This document shows, one piece after another, positions 27,404 through 36,032 of a DNA stretch of 64,000 nucleotides; within the stretch, counting starts at the first letter, position 1; every line of letters starts with the position of its first letter. Source of the stretch: Escherichia typing phage 1; the sequence record KP869100, one strand, 5' to 3'. The notes under the pieces were generated by a model that saw nothing but the letters and a program-made list of their open reading frames with translations, made no database searches and had not been told where the DNA came from. The translations under genes and the position numbers were made by a program.

Positions 27404-27471
27404 AATTTAGAATCTCCAGTTTAGGACTTTATTTAGTGGGGAAGGTCATTCCCTCCCCGTTGTTTAGTAAT
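27404..27471 (-). repeat. type A intergenic repeat
   Basis: GGGGAGGGAATGACCTTCCCC hairpin then conserved AAACTGGAGATTCTAAATTATG leader (minus strand). Confidence 0.6.
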
Positions 27472-27735
27472 TTACTGCATATTGGCGTAGGTTGCAAGCC
27501 TTTTTTCGTTGTATTTTGTCAGAATTTCACAAGATAGAACATCGTACATTGTAACCGCTTTGCTTTTGTCGAGGTCAAAAAAGCCAAATGCTTTACCATC
27601 TTTGAATCCGACAACTTCGTAAGATTCTTTAATGATTTCACCATTGAACAAATCACTTTCGATACGGTGAAACAACGCTACGTCTTCTTTGTCAGTTGCA
27701 ATCTGCAATAGTGTGGTTAATTCTACGTGTTCCAT
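27472..27735 (-). CDS. hypothetical small early protein
   Basis: ORF 27472-27840 trimmed to the ATG at 27735 that directly follows the repeat leader. Confidence 0.5.
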   Translation of the reverse strand: MEHVELTTLLQIATDKEDVALFHRIESDLFNGEIIKESYEVVGFKDGKAFGFFDLDKSKAVTMYDVLSCEILTKYNEKRLATYANMQ

Positions 27736-27802
27736 TTTTGAATCTCCTAGTTTAAGGACTTTACTTAGTGGGAAGGTTAATCCCTCCCCGTTGATTGACA
27801 AT
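27736..27802 (-). repeat. type A intergenic repeat
   Basis: same hairpin and leader family. Confidence 0.6.
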
Positions 27803-28333
27803 TTACAGACTTTTGATTGTCTCGTCAATATCTTTTTCAATATCTTTTAAAGTTTTTTCTAAGTTCTTGATATTGAAGGATAAGCCTTCACCGAGAGTCT
27901 TAGAATAACCGCTAGGACGTAAATCATAAAGGCCAATTTGTTCTACATTGGAGAGGTTGACCATTTCACCGCTTACATCATAAGCTATTGATACGGTGTT
28001 TTCAGGGGCTTTATAGAACTTGTTAAGATTCTTGATAGAACGTTCATAAGCCATTTTATAACCATTTAAAAGGTCTTTAACGTGGTTGCGAACGTTTTTA
28101 CACTCATCTAAGTAAATACCTAAGAATAGCGGTAACAGTTCTGCTACAGCTTGCATAAAGTGAGATACTACAACAGTAGAAACATTACGACGATGTATAT
28201 AATAAGCCCCGTTTTCTGATTTAGTGATAGTTGCAAAGTGTACACCGTTGCAACGAAATTCGAAGGTATCTTTAACGGGTTTAGTCATAACGTTAGATGA
28301 GCGAATGTAGTTGATAGCTTGAAACTTGTTCAT
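27803..28333 (-). CDS. hypothetical early protein
   Basis: 176-aa ORF preceded by a type A repeat. Confidence 0.5.
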   Translation of the reverse strand: MNKFQAINYIRSSNVMTKPVKDTFEFRCNGVHFATITKSENGAYYIHRRNVSTVVVSHFMQAVAELLPLFLGIYLDECKNVRNHVKDLLNGYKMAYERSIKNLNKFYKAPENTVSIAYDVSGEMVNLSNVEQIGLYDLRPSGYSKTLGEGLSFNIKNLEKTLKDIEKDIDETIKSL

Positions 28334-28400
28334 TTTGAATCTCCTAGTTTAAGGACTTTACTTAGTGGGGAAGGTCATTCCCTCCCCGTTGTTTAGTACT
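28334..28400 (-). repeat. type A intergenic repeat
   Basis: GGGGAAGGTCATTCCCTCCCC core on the plus strand. Confidence 0.6.
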
Positions 28401-28493
28401 ATACTTGTTTTGATTTGCCTTTGCAAGCAATTTTTTAAGTTTATCTATAAAGAATCTATTAAGTGAATCCCTTTTAGATAACCCCCTCGAACA

Positions 28494-28522
28494 AAGTTAC
28501 CAATGTCAATGGGTATTGTCAA
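28494..28522 (-). promoter_or_regulatory. sigma70-like internal promoter of the early array
   Basis: minus strand reads TTGACA, 17-nt spacer, TAACTT, with a second TTGACA copy inside the spacer. Confidence 0.45.
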
Positions 28523-28554
28523 CACTTTTTTAAAAGTTTTTTGTAAGTTATTGA

Positions 28555-28896
28555 TTAACTTATGAAGATTTTTTCAGGCTTTACATAGCTGATACGCTGA
28601 CTTTTTAGCAGGTCATCCCAGATTAAAGCGGCAATATGTGCATAACCGGATTCACGTAAAAGCTTCATTGTTTTACTTCTCGTTTCAAAACGGCTTGCGT
28701 AGTATTCACTGTTCAAGGTCGTTTTATTCCCTTCGTTATCTGTATGGATGATTTGCATCACTTGAAAGGGGCTTACACCCTCGCCTTTGTTCCACTGTTC
28801 AAAGTATTTTAGGCACTGCATAGGTGACATCTTATCACTTACTTGAGTTGACCAAGATGAGCCAGCTTTATCGGTAATTACGGTTACATAAGCCAT
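28555..28896 (-). CDS. hypothetical small early protein
   Basis: 113-aa ORF preceded by a type B repeat. Confidence 0.5.
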   Translation of the reverse strand: MAYVTVITDKAGSSWSTQVSDKMSPMQCLKYFEQWNKGEGVSPFQVMQIIHTDNEGNKTTLNSEYYASRFETRSKTMKLLRESGYAHIAALIWDDLLKSQRISYVKPEKIFIS

Positions 28897-28981
28897 TTTA
28901 GAATCTCCAGTTTAGGATTGAGTGGTAAAGCTCTTTATCTGGGGCTTACTATACAGACTAATAAGCCCCATGTAAAGTACT
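28897..28981 (-). repeat. type B intergenic repeat
   Basis: perfect inverted repeat GGGGCTTA...TAAGCCCC plus conserved TTGTAAAGTACTTTA and the shared leader. Confidence 0.6.
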
Positions 28982-29230
28982 TTAAGCGTCTTTATATTCT
29001 ATCTCTGTGCACTCACCTTTTACTAGCTCAAAGGTCCAAATAATTCGTTTATACTCAATCACTACTACAGTAACAAGGTCAGTCCTCTTCTCATTGGTTT
29101 TAAAGTCTATTGTGTGGGTATACTCATAACTAGTCTTATCCTTAATTTCCCCGTAGCGTCTACACTCTTTATAGACTTCATCCATTAAGCCATTGCTAAC
29201 CATGTTTTTTAGTTGAGTTTTAGTATACAT
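28982..29230 (-). CDS. hypothetical small early protein
   Basis: 82-aa ORF preceded by a type A repeat. Confidence 0.5.
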   Translation of the reverse strand: MYTKTQLKNMVSNGLMDEVYKECRRYGEIKDKTSYEYTHTIDFKTNEKRTDLVTVVVIEYKRIIWTFELVKGECTEIEYKDA

Positions 29231-29323
29231 TTTTTGGAATCTCCTAGTTTAAGGACTTTACTTAGTGGGGAAGGTCATTCCCTCCCCGTTGATTGATAAT
29301 TTACAGACTTTTATCAGGCTTGT
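29231..29323 (-). repeat. type A intergenic repeat
   Basis: same hairpin and leader family. Confidence 0.6.
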
Positions 29324-29557
29324 CTAGTCTTTTTCAATGATAATTTCATATTGACCATCGACACTGTCGAAATAGATTCCTTCGTCATCTTCTGTCTTAA
29401 AGTAACATTGTATATCATCACTGGCGGGGTAGTCTTGTCTTGCTATCTGGCAAACTTGAATAGCATTTTCTTTACTTCCTGTAAACTCTTCAAGCCCTTT
29501 AAAGTCACATGAATGGCCGTTACAAATGGAAAGGATGAGATAAATGGTTGTAAGCAT
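29324..29557 (-). CDS. hypothetical small early protein
   Basis: 77-aa ORF; upstream spacer carries a different small hairpin CCCCTGTAAGGGG. Confidence 0.45.
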   Translation of the reverse strand: MLTTIYLILSICNGHSCDFKGLEEFTGSKENAIQVCQIARQDYPASDDIQCYFKTEDDEGIYFDSVDGQYEIIIEKD

Positions 29558-29623
29558 GATTTAAGCCCTCTAAAAGCCCCTGTAAGGGGTTAATCAGTGT
29601 TTATAAGGTGAATGTATAGGTTT

Positions 29624-30166
29624 TTAGAAAAAGACCTTTAAATCACTCTCTACAATGTTTTCTGTCAGTGTATCCATGATGTCACAAAAAACCTGAATAC
29701 TGTCGGATTGTTGGATACTTTTAGCAAGTAGCTCCAATGTTTCATCAAGATAATTTAAATTTGGGTTATCCAGTGAAGGGAGACAAAAAGGTGAATACAT
29801 AGCGTTGAACTCTGTTGTATAGACCTTTTTAATCCAATTTACATCAAAGTACTCTGTAAAGCTTGCTATATTTGACATGTTATCACAAGAATAATCATCA
29901 TTTAGCTCATCCTCTGGAATGTCAAGTTCTAAGATAACAATATTTTGAGTTTTCATCTGAAAAGCTGCCGTGATAGTGGCATTTCCTAGAGCTTGCTGGA
30001 TACCTTCCGATGCTATCTCTTCCTCATCATCACCATAGAGTTTATTTTCTGGGTACACGTAAAAATTGCCGTCCATATCCGAACAATTCCATACACCTGA
30101 TGGTTTATCACCGTTATTAATCAGGTTAATAAAGTTTTCTTGAGTAGTACCGTGAAAGCATTTCAT
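29624..30166 (-). CDS. hypothetical early protein with N-terminal H-G-T motif
   Basis: 180-aa acidic ORF starting MKCFHGTT; preceded by a type B repeat. Confidence 0.5.
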   Translation of the reverse strand: MKCFHGTTQENFINLINNGDKPSGVWNCSDMDGNFYVYPENKLYGDDEEEIASEGIQQALGNATITAAFQMKTQNIVILELDIPEDELNDDYSCDNMSNIASFTEYFDVNWIKKVYTTEFNAMYSPFCLPSLDNPNLNYLDETLELLAKSIQQSDSIQVFCDIMDTLTENIVESDLKVFF

Positions 30167-30259
30167 TTTGAATCTCCTAGTTTAAGGATTTAGTGGTAAA
30201 GCTCTTTATCTGGGGCTTACTTTATCGAACTATAAGCCCCTTGTAAAGTACTTTATCAG
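30167..30259 (-). repeat. type B intergenic repeat
   Basis: GGGGCTTA...TAAGCCCC inverted repeat plus shared leader. Confidence 0.6.
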
Positions 30260-30457
30260 TTAATTTTTGACAACTTTTAAAACTGCAAGATAACCTAAGC
30301 AATAAGAATCACCGAAGAGAGTTCTACCCATGAAAGAATCATCTTTGATATCCTTTGCAGTGACTGTTTTTTCTACGCCGTGGGAAAGAACTACATCACC
30401 AACTTTAATGTCTTTGATGTGCGTGGTTTCAATGGTTAAACCGTTGATAATAGCCAT
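30260..30457 (-). CDS. hypothetical small early protein
   Basis: 65-aa ORF preceded by a type A repeat. Confidence 0.45.
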   Translation of the reverse strand: MAIINGLTIETTHIKDIKVGDVVLSHGVEKTVTAKDIKDDSFMGRTLFGDSYCLGYLAVLKVVKN

Positions 30458-30558
30458 TTTGAATCTCCTAGTTTAAGGACTTTACTTAGTGGGGAAGGTC
30501 ATTCCCTCCCCGTTGATGTGTAATTTAATCTATCTAAAAATCAGTGTCAATAAAATTT
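30458..30558 (-). repeat. type A intergenic repeat
   Basis: same hairpin and leader family. Confidence 0.6.
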
Positions 30559-30963
30559 TTAGAGTTCTGCATAAATTGCGTCGCAGATGTCACGAAAGTC
30601 ATGATTTGCCAAATTACGTTGTAACCAAGTGGCAAAGAAATCAGCGATTGCAAAATTAGCATCATACTCAACAGATAGCCACACTTTCACGGCAAATCTA
30701 AACATTTTCAAGTCTAACTCTTTATTCATTACCTTAGATTTGCCTAACATGTCGACCATTTCATATTGTGCACCGTCTAGCGTGATACCTGCTGCAACGT
30801 CAGCCAATGAGTTTTTTACGTTTTCAACGTCTAAGATAACGCTTTGAATCTTTCCGATAATGTTGTGCAATGTTTCATCCGGTGCTGATGATGTAATAAC
30901 ATTGATTCGATTAACGGTTAAACGTGCTTTTAAGATTGACAACTCACGATTATTAATAGCCAT
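30559..30963 (-). CDS. hypothetical early protein
   Basis: 134-aa ORF preceded by a type B repeat. Confidence 0.5.
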   Translation of the reverse strand: MAINNRELSILKARLTVNRINVITSSAPDETLHNIIGKIQSVILDVENVKNSLADVAAGITLDGAQYEMVDMLGKSKVMNKELDLKMFRFAVKVWLSVEYDANFAIADFFATWLQRNLANHDFRDICDAIYAEL

Positions 30964-31048
30964 TTTAGAATCTCCAATTTAGGATTGAGTGGTAAAGCTC
31001 TTTATCTGGGGCTTACTGTACAGACTAATAAGCCCCCTGTAAAGTACT
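30964..31048 (-). repeat. type B intergenic repeat
   Basis: GGGGCTTA...TAAGCCCC inverted repeat plus shared leader. Confidence 0.6.
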
Positions 31049-31321
31049 TTATACTAAATGCAGTTTTTTACCTTTTACTATGATGTAACTTGATGTGCTA
31101 TTGCTACATACATCCTGATAAATTCTGCGCAAACGTCCTTCATAGTATACTTTCCAGCTAGTTGGAATCTTTTTGCCGTATCCGGTAGCAGTTTTTTGGA
31201 GTCCTGCGACTTGCCAATCTAAGATATGTTGCTCAGCCTGTAAATCCTCAAAGTGCATCACACCGTCTACATAGTGACGTAGAGTGACATTTAAAGTGCG
31301 ACCGTTGTTAGTAGTATACAT
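31049..31321 (-). CDS. hypothetical small early protein
   Basis: 90-aa ORF preceded by a variant type A repeat. Confidence 0.5.
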   Translation of the reverse strand: MYTTNNGRTLNVTLRHYVDGVMHFEDLQAEQHILDWQVAGLQKTATGYGKKIPTSWKVYYEGRLRRIYQDVCSNSTSSYIIVKGKKLHLV

Positions 31322-31410
31322 TTTAGAATCTCCTAGTTTAAGGACTTTATTTAGTGGGGTGTTTATTGCCTCCCCGTTGATGTGTAATTTAATCTATCTA
31401 AAAATCAGTG
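31322..31410 (-). repeat. type A intergenic repeat (variant hairpin)
   Basis: GGGGTGTTTATTGCCTCCCC variant of the hairpin; same leader. Confidence 0.5.
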
Positions 31411-31743
31411 TCAACAGTTTTGTTTTCGTTTGCTCAACTCTTGAACAATTACAGTATGATAGTCTTTTAAGTCACTAATATTTAAAGCATTTATCAGAGA
31501 ATTATAATCATCGACTAATTGAAAATCATCTTTGAAAATGTCGCTGATTTGATAAGTTCTCGCCCTGAATCTGAAGCTCATTTCTAACCGCTTTAATTGT
31601 TCATCGCTCAACCGCTCTAGAAAGCTCATTACAAGGCTATTGCTAACCTGTTGTGTGATTGCCTTATTTGCTAGATTATAGGCTTTATATGCCTTATAGA
31701 GCGCGAAAATGGCAATGATTGCAGTGATACCAGTCATTAACAT
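31411..31743 (-). CDS. hypothetical membrane-anchored early protein
   Basis: 110-aa ORF with N-terminal hydrophobic helix (GITAIIAIFALY). Confidence 0.45.
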   Translation of the reverse strand: MLMTGITAIIAIFALYKAYKAYNLANKAITQQVSNSLVMSFLERLSDEQLKRLEMSFRFRARTYQISDIFKDDFQLVDDYNSLINALNISDLKDYHTVIVQELSKRKQNC

Positions 31744-32033
31744 GGTGCTTCCTCTTTACGTGATACTTTGCCATTTACAGTTATCTCATAAGAATCTAGT
31801 AAATCGCTTTTAGATTTGACAGGACTTTTAAGAGTATCATCATAGATATTAACTTGCAATACAGGTTTTTTATACTCCCTGCAACTATTCCATAAGCAAA
31901 TCACTACACGACGACCTTTTATTTTGCCGTGTAACCATTCCATAACATCATGGCTATTTCTTGATGTTTCAATGAAATCAATTTTGTTGAGTAATTTGCT
32001 TAGATTTTCACGAACTTTATTTGATAATTTCAT
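31737..32033 (-). CDS. hypothetical small early protein
   Basis: 98-aa ORF preceded by a type B repeat. Confidence 0.5.
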   Translation of the reverse strand: MKLSNKVRENLSKLLNKIDFIETSRNSHDVMEWLHGKIKGRRVVICLWNSCREYKKPVLQVNIYDDTLKSPVKSKSDLLDSYEITVNGKVSRKEEAPC

Positions 32034-32121
32034 TTTTGAATCTCCAGTTTAGGATTGAGTGGTAAAGCTCTTTATCTGGGGCTTAAGATACCAACTTTTA
32101 AGCCCCTTGTAAAGTACTTTA
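32034..32121 (-). repeat. type B intergenic repeat
   Basis: GGGGCTTA...TAAGCCCC inverted repeat plus shared leader. Confidence 0.6.
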
Positions 32122-32412
32122 TCAGTTAATTTTCAGCTTTGCATAACCTCTCATTGTACGAATTGGAGATGTTAAGGCTACGCGTCTAATATATGCCTTT
32201 TTCGTGTATACATTTGTCTTTCCGATAGTGTTTACACATGTAAAAAGATTTATTGGTGAATTTTTTAACTTCAACTGTTTATCAGCCTTCACACCCCATC
32301 TTACAGCAGATTGTTTTCCGTTGTCAACCACTTTCCCGCCTAACTTTTTCGCCATGATGCGAGCGTCATCACGAGTTTTTACAGGAATTACAACGTTTTT
32401 GATAGTAGCCAT
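32122..32412 (-). CDS. hypothetical small early protein
   Basis: 96-aa basic ORF preceded by a type B repeat. Confidence 0.5.
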   Translation of the reverse strand: MATIKNVVIPVKTRDDARIMAKKLGGKVVDNGKQSAVRWGVKADKQLKLKNSPINLFTCVNTIGKTNVYTKKAYIRRVALTSPIRTMRGYAKLKIN

Positions 32413-32500
32413 TTTTGAATCTCCAATTTAGGATTTAGTGGTAAAGCTCTTTATCTGGGGCTTACTTTATCGAACTATAAGCCCCTTGTAAAGTACTTTA
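32413..32500 (-). repeat. type B intergenic repeat
   Basis: nearly identical to the copy at 30167-30259. Confidence 0.6.
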
Positions 32501-32881
32501 TCAGTTAATTTTGAAGATTGTTACATAACCATCACTACCGATTATTTGAGACACTCCAGCTTTTTCTACTTGATAGCCCATATTTTCAAGATGATAAACA
32601 GCATCATCGTAACCATATGCGCCACCCTGATAACGTCTCTTATCGCATCTTATCAGGTTTTTACCACGTCCAGCAAGTGCATGTAAAATGGCTTTTTCAC
32701 TTGAAAGAGTACCATCTAGCATTGTCGCCGTGTAATGGTTAATTTTATTCCCATTGATATCATACTTAAAATTAAACGAGTGAACAACAATAACGTTACC
32801 TTTAAAATTCTCATCAAGTGACTTCTCCAGTGCGTTGCGAAAGTTGTCTTTGTTGATGAATTTAGGTGCACGATATGCCAT
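32501..32881 (-). CDS. hypothetical early protein
   Basis: 126-aa ORF preceded by a type B repeat. Confidence 0.5.
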   Translation of the reverse strand: MAYRAPKFINKDNFRNALEKSLDENFKGNVIVVHSFNFKYDINGNKINHYTATMLDGTLSSEKAILHALAGRGKNLIRCDKRRYQGGAYGYDDAVYHLENMGYQVEKAGVSQIIGSDGYVTIFKIN

Positions 32882-32972
32882 TTTTGAATCTCCTAGTTTA
32901 AGGGTTGATTTGGTAAAGCTCTTTATCTGGGGCTTAAGATATCAGCTTTTAAGCCCCTTGTAAAGTACTTTA
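32882..32972 (-). repeat. type B intergenic repeat
   Basis: GGGGCTTA...TAAGCCCC inverted repeat plus shared leader. Confidence 0.6.
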
Positions 32973-33179
32973 TTAGGCATCGTAGTAATAAACTGCTGTC
33001 TGTCTTATGTACTTTCTTGTATTTCTTGTAAGGTAGCAATTAGAGTTTATAGCTGTTTCTACATAGTTGCAATAGTCAGCCTCTGATATTCTAGACCATG
33101 CGCCACATACTTGCATGTAAAAACGTTTTACCTTTGTGTTAACGTTAGTTGTAACCATCAATTCACGACTATAAAGCAT
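32973..33179 (-). CDS. hypothetical small early protein (first gene after the promoter)
   Basis: 68-aa ORF with GGAG ribosome-binding site. Confidence 0.45.
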   Translation of the reverse strand: MLYSRELMVTTNVNTKVKRFYMQVCGAWSRISEADYCNYVETAINSNCYLTRNTRKYIRQTAVYYYDA

Positions 33180-33228
33180 TTTCGATTCTCCAGTTTAGGA
33201 AGTGGGCTTGCTTGCCCGTCTGATGCAA

Positions 33229-33257
33229 ATAGTACGTAAACTTGTTTGGCGTGTCAA
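33229..33257 (-). promoter_or_regulatory. strong sigma70-like promoter driving the early array
   Basis: minus strand reads TTGACA, 17-nt spacer (cgccaaacaagtttacg), TACTAT, about 50 nt upstream of the first ATG. Confidence 0.6.
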
Positions 33258-33436
33258 CGGTTTTTATTAAATATTTTTTGTAAGGTTGGGAAATGAACGG
33301 GCGCGCACGACTACCACAAAACAGAACACAAATCAAGAATTATTTTTCAACCCGCTACAAATTTTTCTCTTGACTTTTGGGGAGAGGTGGAGTAAGAGGG
33401 GGAGAGGGGTTGGTCTGGCTCTCTATAAAAACCTAC

Positions 33437-33613
33437 CTGCACGATTCTAAAATGATTTTTCTTGCCCGACCTGAGCGGGGTCTGCACGTTTTGAAAATGA
33501 AAAAGCTCTTTGGAGATTACCTGCACAGTTTGAAAATGAATTTTCTCTTTGGAGTTCAAAATTCTCTCTACAGATTTCTCTACAGAACTCTACCTGCACA
33601 ATCCTGAAATGAA
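33437..33613. repeat. four direct repeats CCTGCAC-N-TTYTGAAAATGA in a non-coding spacer
   Basis: copies near 33437, 33482, 33530 and 33594, spaced 44-64 bp, plus duplicated CTCTACAGA. Confidence 0.55.
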
Positions 33614-33685
33614 AAAGCCCTCCTTACCTGAAAAATTTACCAGATAAAGAAGGCTTAGTCTATTGTGAATATTATACAGAGTTTC

Positions 33686-34471
33686 TTAGTTCTTTGCGTC
33701 TAAGAAGGTAACTTCTGGTGAAGAGAAGACCGTCTCGATATCCTCATCAGTTCTTGCATAAATATATGTATCTGCATCACTGCCAAATGTTACGGCTATC
33801 CTGTGATTGCTCTTCGACAGGTGGGTAACTAGAGCGTTACTTAGAGACATCTTCTCAACCGGAGGGTTACTTTGATGTATCTTACCTTTTCTTCGTCTGA
33901 AGAGGGTAACTGTATCATCTTTGAACGTTACTACACCTGCAAAGTATTCTGGTTCACAGTAGTTATTCCAACCTGAGCGTAACTTGTGGTACATCTCTCC
34001 TTCGTAGACATACAGATAAACATCTACACTCTTCATCACCTGATTAATGATAACTGTGACGGCTTGAGGGTCAAGTCCACCGATACCTGCACCAATCATA
34101 GGTAAACCAACCTTCTTCAACTGATTAACTTCACAGTATCTGTTAAGCTGTTTCAAAGATGACTCTAAAGCACTGTATCGGGCATCTTTACCAGTCTTAA
34201 GCTGAGTGTAAAGGTTAGCTATACGACCTTGTTTTAAACGTGCTACAGAGAAATTACCCAGTAAATTTTCACAGGGTTTGTGTCCTATACCACCTGCATA
34301 CAGATAAACTTCTGTATCGGTCTCATATGCTTTTGGGTAAAGTTTAGAAATCTTGTCAGCGATACCTGCACCCATTAAATTCATACAGTTGCAACCGTGA
34401 CCGATGATGTCAAACTTACCTTTATCAAATGCGGCAAAGATATCACCATTAATTATTTTTACAATACCCAT
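33686..34471 (-). CDS. macro-domain protein (ADP-ribose binding/processing) with unknown C-terminal extension
   Basis: N-terminal INGDIF...DIIGHGCNCMNLMGAGIA and later GLPMIGAGIGGL match the two glycine-rich macro-domain motifs. Confidence 0.65.
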   Translation of the reverse strand: MGIVKIINGDIFAAFDKGKFDIIGHGCNCMNLMGAGIADKISKLYPKAYETDTEVYLYAGGIGHKPCENLLGNFSVARLKQGRIANLYTQLKTGKDARYSALESSLKQLNRYCEVNQLKKVGLPMIGAGIGGLDPQAVTVIINQVMKSVDVYLYVYEGEMYHKLRSGWNNYCEPEYFAGVVTFKDDTVTLFRRRKGKIHQSNPPVEKMSLSNALVTHLSKSNHRIAVTFGSDADTYIYARTDEDIETVFSSPEVTFLDAKN

Positions 34472-34672
34472 TTAACATCTCTCCCAAGATTCTTTGTCTT
34501 CTGAAGGTTTTACACGTTGTCCTTCGTGGTCTACCCAGATGCACCCACAACCTTCACAGATTACTGGCATTGCATAACCAGCTTTAAAGTCATCTTCAGT
34601 GATAAGACCTTTTAAGTCACCTGTATCACGTCCGAACATTTCGATAGAACAGTCTTTGCAGAAGTCAGCCAT
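34472..34672 (-). CDS. small Cys-rich (zinc-ribbon-like) protein
   Basis: ORF 34472-34762 trimmed to the internal ATG (MADFCKDCS...CEGCGC). Confidence 0.4.
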   Translation of the reverse strand: MADFCKDCSIEMFGRDTGDLKGLITEDDFKAGYAMPVICEGCGCIWVDHEGQRVKPSEDKESWERC

Positions 34673-34892
34673 TGATAATTGCCTCTTGAATGATGATACC
34701 TTTACCACAACGGCTTTTAAAATCTTCCAACGGTTGGGAGATGAAGCCACGCAAGCAATCACTAAACACTAAGTTTTTCCTGTAGGCTATCACATCGTTT
34801 GCTGTAAACGGGATGACTTCATTTCTTCCAATGAATACTGCTGACCGGATGAGTTTCCGTGTCTTTTTATCTCTGGCTAGAATTACTCTCAT
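34665..34892 (-). CDS. hypothetical protein
   Basis: 75-aa ORF. Confidence 0.35.
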   Translation of the reverse strand: MRVILARDKKTRKLIRSAVFIGRNEVIPFTANDVIAYRKNLVFSDCLRGFISQPLEDFKSRCGKGIIIQEAIING

Positions 34893-35232
34893 AGTTTACC
34901 TTCTCAGTTAGCTCATATAAATCAACATGCTCAATACTATCAATGTTGATATCAATCTTTTTGAAGCGTTCTATCACTTCGTTGTCAGTCATCCATATCA
35001 GACACCAATGATTCTGAATGGATTCTTCAAGAAGGTCAACACAATCTTTAAAAGTTTTTGTATCACTTCTCGTTCCAACTACTGCGATTGTTCCATATAG
35101 CCACCCACCATTGCCATAAGATACTTGCGCTACGCCAACTTCTTTACCTTTCTCGTAGTAAACGGCTACAAAGTCTCTTCCATTAATCTGCATTTGTAAG
35201 TTCCTCTGTTGGTAATTCACCATTTTCAGCAA
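34867..35232 (-). CDS. hypothetical protein
   Basis: 121-aa ORF. Confidence 0.45.
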   Translation of the reverse strand: MLKMVNYQQRNLQMQINGRDFVAVYYEKGKEVGVAQVSYGNGGWLYGTIAVVGTRSDTKTFKDCVDLLEESIQNHWCLIWMTDNEVIERFKKIDINIDSIEHVDLYELTEKVNYESNSSQR

Positions 35233-35497
35233 AGTATTGAAGGTACGGCAACAACTCTTTTACCTGTTCTTGATTGAGCTTCATTCTTTGATTACCTATA
35301 AAATCTTTACCAACTAATGCTGGGATATCAAGTGTTTTCCAGCCATTATCTAGGTACTGAACAGAGACCTCTTTAGCACCTAACCAGATACATGGTTCGT
35401 ATGATGAACTCTCTTGTAAAGTACAAATTTCCCCTTTAGCATCTTTAAATTCTGCATAAGAAAATCCACGATTTGTTGGCTGGAATTGCATAATCAT
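35183..35497 (-). CDS. hypothetical protein
   Basis: 104-aa ORF. Confidence 0.4.
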   Translation of the reverse strand: MIMQFQPTNRGFSYAEFKDAKGEICTLQESSSYEPCIWLGAKEVSVQYLDNGWKTLDIPALVGKDFIGNQRMKLNQEQVKELLPYLQYFAENGELPTEELTNAD

Positions 35498-35766
35498 TTC
35501 CTCGTTTTAAGAACTGCTAAGATTTCTTTAGAGTCTGGTAGGAACCATGTGTAGTGATTCTCTTTGATTTCTGGATGAGTGTCAACCTTTATTTTGCACT
35601 CTTTACCAACATGCTTAAGCTGTGCTGTGATACCTTGCATAAAGATGTGACACATTACATTATCCATAATCGTAGGTAAGAAATCAATCCTCATGTAAGT
35701 ATCTTTCGGTCTCGGTAGAAGTAAGTAACCTTCTGTGTAGAAAGTTTCATCATTACTTTGTGTCAT
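35494..35766 (-). CDS. hypothetical protein
   Basis: 90-aa ORF. Confidence 0.4.
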   Translation of the reverse strand: MTQSNDETFYTEGYLLLPRPKDTYMRIDFLPTIMDNVMCHIFMQGITAQLKHVGKECKIKVDTHPEIKENHYTWFLPDSKEILAVLKTRK

Positions 35767-36032
35767 TACTGCTTATTCCCTAATAAAATCATATCAATCA
35801 AGTTGTTAGCTTTCATAGTACACTGATAGTACCCGTCACGATAAAACTCAAGGGCTTCTGATAAGTCTGCACCAGTGTTACCTTTGACAGCATATCTTAC
35901 ATCTTCCTGAGTGTACTTATCACTTTCACTTACTTGGGAGTTTTTGAATGTATTGCTCACTTTGTTCGTTGAACACCCTGACATAGTTATCAGTAACACA
36001 AACATTATAAAACTCTGGCTTAGTCTTTTCAT
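35766..36032 (-). CDS. lipoprotein (o-spanin/Rz1-like candidate)
   Basis: signal sequence with lipobox ITMSGC; start lies inside the 3' end of the upstream membrane/coiled-coil gene in another frame. Confidence 0.35.
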   Translation of the reverse strand: MKRLSQSFIMFVLLITMSGCSTNKVSNTFKNSQVSESDKYTQEDVRYAVKGNTGADLSEALEFYRDGYYQCTMKANNLIDMILLGNKQ

